Assembly (NCBI GenBank): GCA_013239625.1
Contig: MU054187.1
Coordinates: forward strand, 20,711,280 to 20,775,279
DNA length: 64,000 nucleotides
DNA from: Lama guanicoe
Lineage: Eukaryota
Reading direction: 5' to 3'
The notes below the pieces were generated by a model. It saw nothing but the letters and a program-made list of their open reading frames with translations. It did not search any database and was not told the origin of the DNA. Shown here one piece after another: positions 22,462 to 35,519 of this stretch; positions within the stretch are counted from its first letter, which is position 1, and every line of letters starts with the position of its first letter. The translations under genes were made by a program, and so were the position numbers.

Positions 22462-24399
22462 GTAAGTCACTGTTTTGACCACTCAGTATGCTCTTGAAAA
22501 CATTATTGTAAATTACATTACTAGTTCGAATAGACATGTTCACATGCAAGGTCAAGGCCACTGTTGAAACTCCAAGAACCACACATGCATGCAACATGAT
22601 ATTCTGATATTTTCTTTTGACAAATTTAAAATGTTGACCAGAACAATCTTGTTTCATAACCCATCAGTGGCATGGGAGAAGAGAAAATGCATGTGTGAAA
22701 TCTGCTTTCACTGTTGTGCATAAGCCAGATTTCTGCATTCTTATTTCACAATCTCTACAAGATCTGCTGTTTAAAGGGAAGACAATGAACACTCTGGTGA
22801 CTCTTGGGGACCATTTAATATACTAATAGAAACATATGGGCATGAGTGAGAAAGAGTATCTTATTGAGAAGCATTTTAACAGCAATTATATTGCACAATT
22901 ACACAGGGAAATTGGACTACCTTCCTGCAAACCAGGAATAAACTCTCCTAGAATGTAAAGTTCCCAGACTTCCAAAGCTGGATTCCCTAATTTACCCATT
23001 TAGTTACATCTACTAAAAATCTAACTCATTTGCCTGAAAGGAAAATAGATTGACTGAAATCTAAGACCCACAGGTTTAACCTCTACTAAAACAAACAAAC
23101 AAGTCTTGGAACCCTTTAATCGTTATCTTGACCCATTTTCATTGACCCGCATGGTGATAGTAAGCTGTGAAATCTGGCCAGTATGTCTTAACAGATGGTA
23201 ACATCCTACCAACTACCCTCTGCAAATAATTACTATTAAATAATTAATTATAGATACAAAGGTATAAAATATCAATAATAAAATATGGGAAGTATATTAA
23301 TAATAACTAAATATCATTATTCATCACAACACTTGTACAAAGTCACTGTTTACTGAGTCCAGCAAAACAAAGCACCTTTATGAAGAAAATAGGAAGAGTG
23401 TGTGTGGCTGTCAGAAAATTGGCACAAGCTTAGGGAGGAAGAGCATGCTGCATCACTGAGCATGACTGTGTGCCAGGGTACAACTCAGTCTATCATAAAA
23501 TCCTCACAACAAACCTCAGAAATAATTGATACCATTTCGTTCTACAAATTAGACAAATGAGACTCTGGTCGAATACATTTTCAAGTGTGTTTGAGCTTTT
23601 AAACCGTCTGTTAACACGCTGCTTCTTGTTAAAATATAAACGTTCAGCTTCAGTGGTTTTTCTCTTAAGAAGAGAGTAAGCTTTAGCTCAGTTAGCTCAG
23701 TTATCAGCATCTTACCATAACGCCACTGTATTTTTGAAAGTAAATGGGGGGTTACTAGAACTATGATAATAAACACGATTACACTGTATTTCCCCTCCAA
23801 GGAGAACAGAGGATTGATTATTCCTCTTGCTAAATGAGTTATTAATAATTTCTCTATCGACATTGTAGTTATTTCTACAATTAGATTATCATTTTATTTG
23901 AAGATATAAAATTTCCACAGTAGCATACCATAGACTTTGAAATACATTTATCTCAGTATGCTTGGCTGTTTACTATAAACAGAAATTTTAGTTTGAGTAT
24001 TGAGCCAATAAAATAAGAAAACTAATATGAAAAATGGATTTTGAATACTAAGTCCTTTAATGTTTCTGCAGTTTAGAAATTCCTACTGTTCATTCAGTCA
24101 TAATTTGTTTTAAAGCTTATAGTACATTGCCCTAGACTAAATCTCTTTGGGTTGTTTGTTCTCCAGTAATTAACTATTAGTTTTTTAGTTCTGCTGTAGT
24201 TAAATATATTTGTTCACCTTGAAACTTGAAGTATTTCTTCATATAAGTTCTAAAGAATGAAAACCATGCATAAGAATTAAAATCTTATATAAAAATCATG
24301 ATTAACTATCTTGACATTGAATTCTAATTTTCTGCAGGAATGGCCACCACATAGTTGCATCGTAGCTCTCTGAGCAGGCTTTTGTTTTAATACAGCCTT

Positions 24400-24582
24400 A
24401 TTCCATTAAAAGCATGTATTTACTTATATTTATCTGTTTCCTGCTCTAGAATAAAAGTTCCTTCGGAGTGAAGACTGATATATCTGTGTGTCACTAACAT
24501 TTAGTCAAACACCTTATGGTCACATTGTGGGTATTTGAAAAAGATTTGTTGCAAAAATGAATGAAGGAAGGAAGGAAGGAAT
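24400..24582 (+). mobile_element. L2 3' end
   Basis: TATCTGTTTCCTGCTCTAGAATAAAAGTTCC...ATTTGTTGCAAAAATGAATGAAGGAAGG tail typical of L2. Confidence 0.6.
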
Positions 24583-27500
24583 GGTTTTGATGCTGTGAGT
24601 TAGCAGGCTGTACGAAAACTGTGACCCAGAAAAGTAGAGTCATATATACGAAGCCAAAGGGCTGTGACATGGATTTGTTGTGACTTTGGTTTCACTACAA
24701 CTTTCCTTTTGCAACTTTGTTTACTCTACCCCCGAGCTGCCTTCATTCTGCATCTTTATCCTTCATCACTTACCTTTTACTAAAATGAATGTTCTGAGTT
24801 CCAGCCCCAACCCCGGTTGCTTCCTGTCACGGATTCCACTCCTTCCCACCCTATTTTAGAGTGTAACATTCTGCCCTGCACTGACCCCACATTGCAGGTA
24901 TTAAGGAAAATCCTACTCCACTCCTAAATGGCAAAGTAGAGTTCTAAGAATTAAAGAATATCCTGAAATGTGATAAAGCACGTTCACAGAGTCGCTGAAT
25001 ATGCGATATGCAACGACACAAAATCCAGGCAGGGCCAGCTCTTGCTCATGCAATTTATTAAACTGTCAGACAAGTTCTCCATGCAAAGGTAAATTAAGTA
25101 ACGTAATGTGTAAATACTATATTAAAATAATATATTCTTTCTACTCTTGGCTTGCATTAAGTTTTATTCCAGCTGAATATGTCTCATCTCTTTTTTTGAC
25201 TGAGATAATATGCCTACAATATTAATCAATCTCAAATTGATACTTAGTACTTCTTGACCTTCTTAAGGGTTCATTAGTTAGCAACTTGCTATAATTTGAG
25301 TAATATTATACTATAAACTTTAGAAAACAATTTTTTTTTACCTGTTTCTTCCATATACAGACAAGGTAGAAAGTTTGTTGAGACAGTGGCATCCCAGGGT
25401 GAAGACAGAGCTCAAATCAGCAAGTCCAACAACACGCCTACGTCTTGAAATTGAGTTTCCTGTGGAGCAGTTTCCCATCAGTTTTGTGCATTAAAATCAA
25501 GCTTCTTGAACATTTCTGTAGTTTTTCAAACTCTTATTAAAGAAGTTTTATCATTTGGGGAATTGAGTTATCACTGATCATATTTGGAAAAAGAATCAAG
25601 CCAGGAATAGATGTCCAAGGAATAATTCATGCTGGAGACTCATTGAAGGTTGGAGAATGTACATAAATCACATTCAAAACTATTTACATCATTTTTTAAA
25701 AAGTCACAGAGTTCAAACTTTCTGTATTGCACATAAAATATTCATTGATTTTTTTTAATGAAAAAGCTTAAATTTTAAGATAATACTAGGCATTGCACTA
25801 ACTCAGTATATTTATATTTTATTAAGATACCAATCTGTATGATTAGACATTAAAGTATTAACATTCATGACTCTGGATTAATTTCTAAATTATTTTGCTT
25901 ACTTCATTATACTTCTATTTATTGTTTAAAATCTTTAAATTATTTTTCTAACCAGAAATAATAATGAAAATATTTCAATTTATAAAAAGCCAAAATGTCT
26001 AATGGTTTAGAATTTTTTTTAAAGAAAAACACAGTTTGTGGTCAAACTGACCACAAAATGGTAACTTCCATCTGCTGTGTCTGTCACCTAAATATCTTTC
26101 ACTGCTAGAGCAAAGTCACTCATTGAAGAGGCAAAGATTTCTTTGTCTCCCTTAGCCAGGCATATTTTGACTGAAATCAGTAAACATGCTTTTTCCCTTA
26201 GGTTAATAGTTCACATTGACTACACATTTTTTGTACAAACTGTGAAATATTTGACAAGTTCACAGAATTCTGACTTCTAAAATGATCATTTTAGATGAGT
26301 CTCACAATGATTAAAACCAAATGTAACTTTAAAACAATGTTTTTACCAAAGTCTTTCATTTTCCTATAAAAAGTTTCATTTAAATTTATTTTATGTATTT
26401 ATGACTGGCTTTTATTTTTTCCTGAAGAGTTTAGGTTAAATATCTTTTTCTTAAAGCATATTTCTCTAACTTCTTACCCAAAGTAGGGCCAGCCAACATT
26501 AACCTATAATGTTCCTGTTTAGAAAACTTTTTAATTTGTGTTTTTAATTGCTTACATGTTTCCTCTTCTTATGCACTAAAATGTAAAATCCAGGAGGCTG
26601 GATACATTCTCTTCTAGTTCACCTTTGTATTCCCAATACCTAATATAGTGTTTAGCACACAATACTTGCATAATAAGTGAGAGAAAACTTCATTAGAGTA
26701 GATAATACCGCTAATGCACAGTTCGCAATAAGAGCGCAGAATTTTTTTTTTTTACTTGCTCTGCTATTTATAAAAGTTTTTATCACAAATCCTCTGCAGG
26801 AACTACTTGAATGAGAGCACGTCTCCATGCATTATATTTGGTCAAACCTAGTAAGGGTGTATAGCATTTTTCTAGCTGAAGGCTAATTACTATAGCTACT
26901 CATCAGCAAATCTTTATTATTATGAATTATCTTCACATCTCCTCATTGTAATTCTGAGAAATGGGACAGTTAAAACCGACCCTTACAAAGGCTGGCTGGG
27001 TTATCTTTCCTGTTCCTCTGATTTAAGAGTAAGTTTTATTTTAGATGCAAGTCACAGACATATGAAAAAAGATATTTGGCTTCATCTGAATTTTTATTAA
27101 AAAAGAAATGCCTACAAATTCTATTTTGCTCTTATACCAAAGGCAAATTAGTTTTACTCTAGAGATTTTGAGGTTTTATGTGATCTAGTCTTATTTCTGA
27201 TATAATTCACATTATATCAACATGGAGATACTAATATTTCATATAAAATAATTATATGAGTCCCAATTTATACAAATGCATTTATTCTAATTCTTGTTAT
27301 TGGGATGTAATAATATACAATGTAATGAAATAGTTGTAGAAAAAATGGTTTCACTGTTCATTGTAAAGATTAATATACTTTTAAAAATCCATTTATTAAA
27401 ACCACTATAAGTCTTCATAGCATAAGAAAAAGTGATTTAAATACCTGTTTGTAGTGGTAATAAAAAATACCTCAGGGAAGAATTGCAGATTAACAATACA

Positions 27501-28394
27501 GAATTTTAAAACGAATAGGGGCTGCAAAGTGCTGAATCTTTAATCAAAATATGCTTCTTATAAAGGTTTGCTCTTATTAGCACGAATGGGGAAATAAAAT
27601 ATTACTTCATGCCAGAAAAGTGAATTATTGGGAATCACAACTCAAAGGAAATGAAAATCAGGCAACACCAGTTGCACGAGCATAATAAAAATGACTCAGG
27701 TGAATTTCAAGGCTATCTGGAGACATATAGGCACTCGGATCCTTCAAAGAAATGCGTAACACAAACATTACATGTTAGGACCTTACATGTTGTCCGTCAT
27801 TTTTTAAATGACCCAGATCAATTTGGACAAGTGTTTTCATCTGTGAGTTAGTCCTATTAGGTATGTTTCATACAGATTACTATGTAAGATAAAGTATTCT
27901 CCCCTTTTCTCCTCTGATGAAAGGACTTTAAAAAACCTATCCTAGCCTGTTTTTTATGTAGCTCTTCAATTAATGCTCATTACTGATTTCTTCAGTGGTC
28001 CTATATGTTAGTTTCTTTTTCTCACTATAAAATAAAATGTCACATAAAAGTGCAAAAATGTCACCCATTGTTTGGGCTATAATCCTTCAACTTAATTCCA
28101 TTTATCATTAATTCTCATACAAGGGATTCTGGTATGTTTTTTAAGAGCTACTCAAGACCTATATATATATGACAAGATATAAAATTTGGGGCTGCAGTAT
28201 ATTTTCAAATCTCTTCATTAGAAACCCCATCTGGTGTCCATTAGAATCTACCTCTGGGTCCCATAATAAAAGTTTCAGTAGTTATGAAGATATTAACATT
28301 TACAGGAAATGTATAATACTTCTAGCAAGGTACATATCCAATTTAGTTTTACAGGTTTTAAGCTATGTAACTTAAATCTATATAGTCTTCTTAT

Positions 28395-29205
28395 TCTATA
28401 ATGGCACCACCATGCATCCAGTTGCTCAAAATAAAAACTATAGTCATTCTTGATTGCTTTCTTTTTTTAATCCACACATGCCTTCCGCCAATAATTTGGG
28501 TCATCTTTATCCATAGACTATAACCCAAACCTGAACACTTCTCACTGTCTACACTTCTTCGTCACCATTCCAGATCAACACTATTTTTCATTTGCAGACC
28601 TAAAAAATCCTCCCCACTCCCACACTTATCACATTAAAATCCACTCTTCATGCAGTGGGCAACATGATCTTAAAAATAAAATTTAAAAAAGAGCATAAGA
28701 TCATTCACTTCTTTGATTAAAATATTTCAGTGACTTGTTCTAAAGTTATAATAAAATTCAAATTTTGTATAATTACCCCAGTGTAACCTCATGCCTATTT
28801 CTCTCTCCAGCCCCATTTCCTATTATTTCCACCCTTTCAATCAAGATAGCCCAGCCATATGTCTTCTCTCTATTTTAGGAATACCACTGCCTTTGTACCT
28901 TTTATACCCTTCACCACAGATGCTCTTCTCTGGTGCTTTGCAGTTACCTTACTATTTAAATCTGATCTCAAAGGTCACCTCTAACAAAAGCTTTTCCTGA
29001 CCATCCCAACTAAAATAGCTCTAACAGCACTCACCATACGTACTGGTTTTGCAAAGCCATCACTGCAGTCTGAAATGATAATTTTGTTTTCATCTGTACT
29101 CAAGTTTCCTCCTCCATGAAGACAGGAGTCTTGCATAGTTTACCACTACACGTGTTGTGTTGTAAGCAGTCGATCGCCGTCTATTGAATGAGTGAATGTG
29201 TGAAT
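28395..29205 (+). mobile_element. L2 LINE 3' ~800 bp
   Basis: AATGGCACCACCATGCATCCAGTTGCTCA, AAGGTCACCTCT...CTTTTCCTGACCA and terminal TATTGAATGAGTGAATG. Confidence 0.8.
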
Positions 29206-30759
29206 GGAAATATACGCTAATGAGAATTTCTCTGTGGTCAGTAAATGGATAACTTGAAACTGGTAGTCTTGTGGAAATTTACTTATATACAGGCATGTTC
29301 TGTGTCAATTTAGGTATATCTAGACACAACCACCCTCAGTTTTCAGAAGTCAGACTAAATTCATAATCAGTAGGTGTAGATTTGCCCTTAATTTAACTTT
29401 TGTTTTAGCATACACACTGGTTTCGTGTTGCAATTTATTGTGTTTCATTATCCTCCTTTCTGTCTTCTCCACCAGTCAAAACAATGTCAAATTCAACCAT
29501 GGCATATTACAAATAACTAGAGCCCCTACTGGTATGCCATTTTTATTTTAATCAACAGACTCTTTTGTTCTTAACAGCAGTTAGGAGGAAACAATTGATG
29601 AAATAGGTTATCTCTTAACAGCTGAAAGGAAAGGGTATTAATATTTCACTGAGGCACACTCATTTCCTGAATGGAGGATTAAGGGAGCAGTACCTCACAA
29701 TCTATGCTGATGCACATTTCTGGGCAACAATAAAGAAAAGTATTAAAGTGGCTGCAAAGTGTTGGTTGATCCCCACGATGACTTATCTTCTTAATAACAA
29801 AACAATAGAAGCCCCGCACTGAGACCCTTAGGAAAACCCAGCAGCATCCTTGGCGTCTCTAGCATCTACTCGTACGGATGAGCATTAATACCTGAGAATG
29901 GCTACTGAGTTTGCCATTCTAATTTCCTCCTTTGCAAAGTCCACTGGCTGTTAGGCATTAGAAAGGACATTGAGTTTAGTCAGCCAGACTCAGAAAAATC
30001 CACTATCCAGATAGAAATGGGAGAATGGGAAAGAGAAGAAATAGGGAAAAGGGGCAGAGACACAGAGCACAAAGTAAAAGGATGCAATAGAAATACAAAA
30101 GAAAAGAGAAAGTGATGACAAATCAGGAATTATTTTGTAAGAATTAATATCAGCTCACACAATTACATTCTCCTCTTCAATTTTTAAAGTATCATTTGGA
30201 GAAAATTGGACTCAGAAAAGATTCATTAAATATCATTCAACATTATTCATTCAACAAAATTTTACTTAACACTATTATGTTTATTTAATGTATAATATAA
30301 ATAATGAATAATTATGAGACTGAGCAGTCAGAAAAAGTGATCTGAGGAGGTGACATTTCAGCAGATAATTGGATTATAAGAAATTTTCAGCTAAGGAAAG
30401 ATTAGAGAAGGAGAATCAAGCAAAAATTATAAACTGTATATCTTCATGAAGTACTCTGTAAGTTGCTTTTAAAACTAATCATAGAATTGTATTTCTTATG
30501 TCATGGGTGCTCATAATCTAATATGAAGAATATCAATCTGGCTCGATATAAAATGAAGCAAAACATTTTGGTGCTGAAATCACAGGGTGGAACATTTGAT
30601 GATGATGGTGAAGCCTGTCCTAGTTTGACTGAGCATTGATTTTGTCAATCAACAACTTTCTGAGTAACTCATAGCTTGAGCAAAGTTAATAGTAACAATA
30701 AAAGAAACATGAAAAAAATTATCATAAGCAACGAAGGAACAGATATTATTTTACCTACA

Positions 30760-30940
30760 TACGGAACACCTGTGAAAACTGACCACAATTAGGGACCATA
30801 CAATGTGTCTTGAATTTTCTAACCACAACTCATTTAAATTAGAAACTAGAAAAAAAATTCTCATATTCACAATGTATAGTACAGGGAACTATATTCAATA
30901 TCTTGTAGTGACCTGTGGTGAAAAAGACTATGAAAACAAG
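30760..30940 (+). mobile_element. Short L1 fragments (old ORF2 piece followed by an artiodactyl 3' UTR piece)
   Basis: TGTATAGTACAGGGAACTATATTCAATATCTTGTAG matches the L1 3' UTRs at ~41880 and ~44840. Confidence 0.65.
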
Positions 30941-33189
30941 CCGTGGAATAAACGATTAAACATGTTACACAGCTGGCTTAATGACAGAGTCAAAAATAAA
31001 GTGGAGGTTTCTTTTCTCCAATGCTCCTGTGCTTTATCACACCTCCATACCTCTCCAAGCGTTCGGCATCAAGAGACCTCATTTATACTGATCCAGTGTT
31101 ACTTGCCATTATTCTAAACCCCTTTCCTCTTTCTATTTGTTCTAATGCTTGATCATTAATGTTCACAGTCCATTTATTATTTAAACCTTCAAAATTTAGT
31201 TTGGGGGAAGAAATTCTAGATACGGAACCTTGAACACACAAATGGAAATCCTCTCTGTCAGTTCCCTCTTTGGAGTGCTATGACCACAGCACCAGACAAG
31301 TTGGAAGAACTTAGGTGTCAAATCCAAAAGCTGCTCTGTTTCTCAGAAATACTGGGTAGTTTTGCAGAATTGAATGTGCTCCTTAATTCTGGCAAGGAGG
31401 ACCAAGAGGCAGACAGAAGTGGGAATCAGAGTTTCTTCTTCCCTAGATTTCCAGTGTTCTCAGTTCCCCCTGAGCTTCCTAGACCCTTCCAGCAGCAGCC
31501 CCTACAATGATAATCATGGCTGGGGAAGAGCAGAAGTGCTCACACTTTTTTCCAAGCTGCACAGAAATTATGCTCTCTGTCGGCTAAATCCATGGAGTTG
31601 TACTGTTTAATCATTCCGTTTACTTGGGAAGTATTTCTTTGAAAACCTCCTAGGAATTTCTTGGCAGCCTTTGATTGCAGTGTTATCTGTTTGGAAGATA
31701 ATCAAATTTCCTGGAGTTTTACTTAAAAAGTATGCATTTAGATGAGTACTGAGTAATGAAAACTCATAGCCGTCTCCAGACACCTAGTCTAGTCTCCCTC
31801 GGCAGTTGTAAAGAGAGACTGCTCTGGGGGCAGTAAGTCCAGTAAAAGCCATTAAGGCTGAAGACTTCAGTCAAAATTGGGGTAAAATAATCCTTGCAGT
31901 GAAAATGCTTTCAAATTAAAAAGAAAAGTAACCCAGTGTAAACACACTGATGACACTGAAGACTCAGAGAAGATATTCAAATGTGTTCAGACATTAAACA
32001 TTTACCTAAATTGGAAAAAGATTTTAAAACTACCAAATATAAGGCTGTAGAAGATGACATTTAATCTAGCCAAATCTGTAAACTGGTATTGGAGATCACT
32101 TATTATGGAAAAAAAGAGGATATTTGTTAAAGGAAATATTAGATATATAAAAGGAAAAGCAAAAGGTTTAAAATCTTTGAAATTCAATATTTCATCATGT
32201 ACATTGAATATTTTCAATGAGTTACACATTAACGAGAACAAATTTCATTTCAATATCTGAAGTGACTCAACTGAAAGAATCAAGAGAATAAACACACTGA
32301 AGTTCATGGCTAAGTAAAAGGACATTTAAAATGTCAGCTTTGTTTCTGAGCCACTTGTATATGCCCTTCAGGAGTTATCAAAAGGATAAATCTTGAAGCA
32401 AGAGAAGAATTAAATATTCATTTACACAGAACTACAACTGTGCTTGTTTATGTAAAAGAATGTAATAAATTAAGGATATATCTGTTATACATAAGATCAT
32501 CATCAGCATATAAAAGATTTTATTTAAAAAGAGTTAATATTTATTTAGTATTTATATGTGCTTTATCATTTATTTCTTAAAAGTATGGGGTAAATACTAT
32601 TACAAACTATATTTTGGAAAAGAGAAAAAGATTAAAACTTACAGGGGACTTAATAGATGGCCTAAATTCACTAAGTATTTTTCAAATATTAATTCATCTA
32701 AAAATTCAAAATAATCTTCTGAAGTAGCAGTAATTACTTTTTTTTCCATTTTGTGGATAAGAAAAATGATAGTTAGAAAATTTAAATAATTTGTTCACCT
32801 CCACACAGTGGCAAAGCAGAAACTCCATGCTCTTAACACTTCTAATGTTCTGCCTCTCACAATTTAATTTTTAGAGCAGCAACCATCTTATCCAAGATTA
32901 CACTAATGGTTAAGAGAGTCAGGATTCAAAACTACCTCCGAAACAAGGACAATATCGCCTTTAGATTTAATCTCTTTATTTTCTACCTATATTAAGTCAT
33001 AAGTGATCTCATTCTGTTCCATGACTGGTTCCTAAGTTTATATTTTGTAGCCAAAACATTTTTTTTGACACAGAGGTACATAGAACCAACTACTTACTAA
33101 GTGTCAATATTTGGATGAAGATAGTATCCAACAGAATCCCGTTTATTAGCGGTTTTTAAGGGTATACTTATAAATAACTACTAGGAATG

Positions 33190-33340
33190 CTAGCTCAAAT
33201 TTCTCCTCTATAACTTGGAGTTATGTTGGACAAGGTACCTAAAGTTGCTAAATATCAGTTTTCTCATCTGTAAAATGGGACTAAAAATAGCATTTGTCTC
33301 ATAAAATTATTATGTGTCTTAAATAGGTTAATATCTGAAA
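33190..33340 (+). mobile_element. MIR SINE
   Basis: CORE motif TTGGACAAG...TCAGTTTTCTCATCTGTAAAATGGGACTAAAAATAG. Confidence 0.75.
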
Positions 33341-33366
33341 AACTAAAAAAATGTCCTTTAAGCCTT

Positions 33367-33533
33367 GAAGAGAGAGCAACAAGAAGGAGGGGGAAGAGGA
33401 GGTTGGAGGAGGGGAGAGTGGTGGGGGTGAGAGGAGAATGGAGAAGGGCTACAAGATGAAGATAACACCAAAAAGAAAAGAAGGAGACAGGAAACAGAAG
33501 GAAGAAAGAGAAGCATCAGGGAACAAGAGAAGA
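33367..33533. repeat. Purine (GA)-rich low-complexity tract
   Basis: Mostly G/A on the + strand. Confidence 0.85.
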
Positions 33534-34119
33534 ATGTGTTAGTGTAGATTAGGGTTGAACTGTGGGTGTTCAACAGAGGCATTCAGATGATTTGTTAGAT
33601 GATGTTAACTTTTTGAAATTTGGTGTATCATAGAGTTAAAGTTAAGTGTACTTTAGGAAATTTAATGTGGATGCCATGTAGATACTGTGTAAGAATGGGA
33701 AGGGACAGGAACTGAAAAGGACCAAGGGTCACTGAGTAGATTCTTAGCTCTGTAATTTTACACATGCGTACGTACATATGCGTATCTTATACATATACAT
33801 GTATTATACGTATATATTATAAATAGATGAAAGACTAAATAATGGATTTGTGCAACATGGGTGGGCAGACGGTTGGTGTTCTGATCCAGGATTTATGTCA
33901 CAGTGGCTGCAGGCTGGTATTGCCACGAGCTCTCCCTCCAATGATGCCACACCTGCTGTCCACTCTGACCTGAGTGCACCTGCTGCCTCTCACTGCCCTT
34001 GTCCCTTACCCAGCCTTCTTCTCTCCTACTTCCAGAAATGGAACTGAGACACTGAAGGAATTCTCTCCACTTTTCTAAAAAATGTGTTTTCTTCTTTTCC
34101 TAAATAATAACCTTGGATT

Positions 34120-34640
34120 TGACCGGAGCAAAGAGAAATCTTTGGAGTGAGAGGAAACTGCACAACAGGAGGCGGTCAACAAATATATTCTAGAAAGCCC
34201 ATGAAAAAAACACTATCTCTACGATCAAAAATTTCCCTTGGCTTCCTCCTCTACTGTGATAGATGCAGAGAGAGACTTGCCAGATGCGATAAATTTGGAA
34301 AGACTGTAGTTTCTAAATACGCTGCTGAGGTGAGGTAAGTACAGTCGGTAATTCATCGATTCTCTCCTGTGTTCTCTTGATACCCAGTTCAGTTTCCCTC
34401 TGAGCAGCCTTAATCTTAGATCTCTTTAAGGGCTGCCTCATCCCCGCACAAATAATCAGGAGAGCAGCAGGTAAGAAGTCCATCCAGCAGGCGGTCACAG
34501 TTCTCTTTCCTGCTCCTCCAAACAAACGCCTCATTCACAGCACAACCCGGCCATGGAGGGGGCGCTGGGACAGAGAGGAGAAAACAAAACAGCAATTATA
34601 AAAGGAATAAAGCCGAAAGCAGCGTGGGTCTCTGTCTCAG
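34120..34640. promoter_or_regulatory. Repeat-free, relatively CpG-retaining block with splice donors, a CTCF-like motif and a TATA-like box; candidate promoter or first exon
   Basis: Donors GAG|GTAAGT (34335) and CAG|GTAAGA (34471), AGGGGGCGCT at 34557-34566, TATAAAAG at 34597-34604. Confidence 0.35.
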
Positions 34641-35519
34641 GGGATATGTGTTTAAGTGTTAGTGTGTTTAAATGGCTTGTAGTGATACAGGAAGGAATGG
34701 AATTTAAGGGGAAAAGATCTTGTTTACCTAAAAAAAATTATGCACAAGCATAATGAAGATGAGGACTAATTTCTAATAGTTTCAGTGCAAACCAAGTGGC
34801 AAATGGATCATAATGCTCTTGGCATTCTGGATGCGGAAGCTTGAGGAATCTGGCTCTCTCTCCTCCTCCTGAGAAAGTGGAAACTGCAGTAAAAACTAAC
34901 AAAACGCCTTCACCAGATTCACGACATCCCTTGAAAAAACCAGACACACAAAAAAACTTTCTCCTATAAAATCTGGGTCTTACCTATCACCAGAACAAAG
35001 CAGTTCCCCATTTTATGACATTTCCCGCTTCAACACTTTTTTCCTGCCCTTTAACACTTTTATTGACACTCTGTTAACATGATAATTAGAGATGCAGACA
35101 CCATTACTCGGATTTTCACGTCTGCCCTGAGCCTGGATATCACTAAGGAGCTCAGATCTGTGGGCGTCATATACTATGGAAGGAGACATACAGATGCATT
35201 TAAGAGATGGTGATGCAATGAGTAGCAGGGTTCCAAACTACATGGGGGAGAAAGATGGGTGGGCAAGGTGGGTGGAGAGGTCCCACACAAGGTGGTCATT
35301 CACATCCTTCCCATCCAGTTTCTGTCATCTTTCTCTCCCTCCTGACCACATCCCTTCTTATAATACCTTATTTCCGGTTTCTACTTTCTCTCTCTGATTT
35401 TTTTCAAGTAAAACCCCACTCTACTTTATATTTGTCTTGTTCTGGGCCATGATAGGAAGATGAGGGTGTGGCGAGTTTTAAAACAACAGTCCTGGGGCTT
35501 GGAAATTGCTATGTTATTA

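Noticed and set aside
22190..22657. Longest ORF (155 aa, minus strand) as a gene
   Set aside because: No recognisable domain or coding-like composition; one ORF of this length is plausible by chance in 64 kb x 6 frames.
27787..27840. 54-nt minus-strand exon (MKTLVQIDLGHLKNDGQH)
   Set aside because: Has AG/GT boundaries but almost no pyrimidine tract, an unrecognised peptide and no other support.
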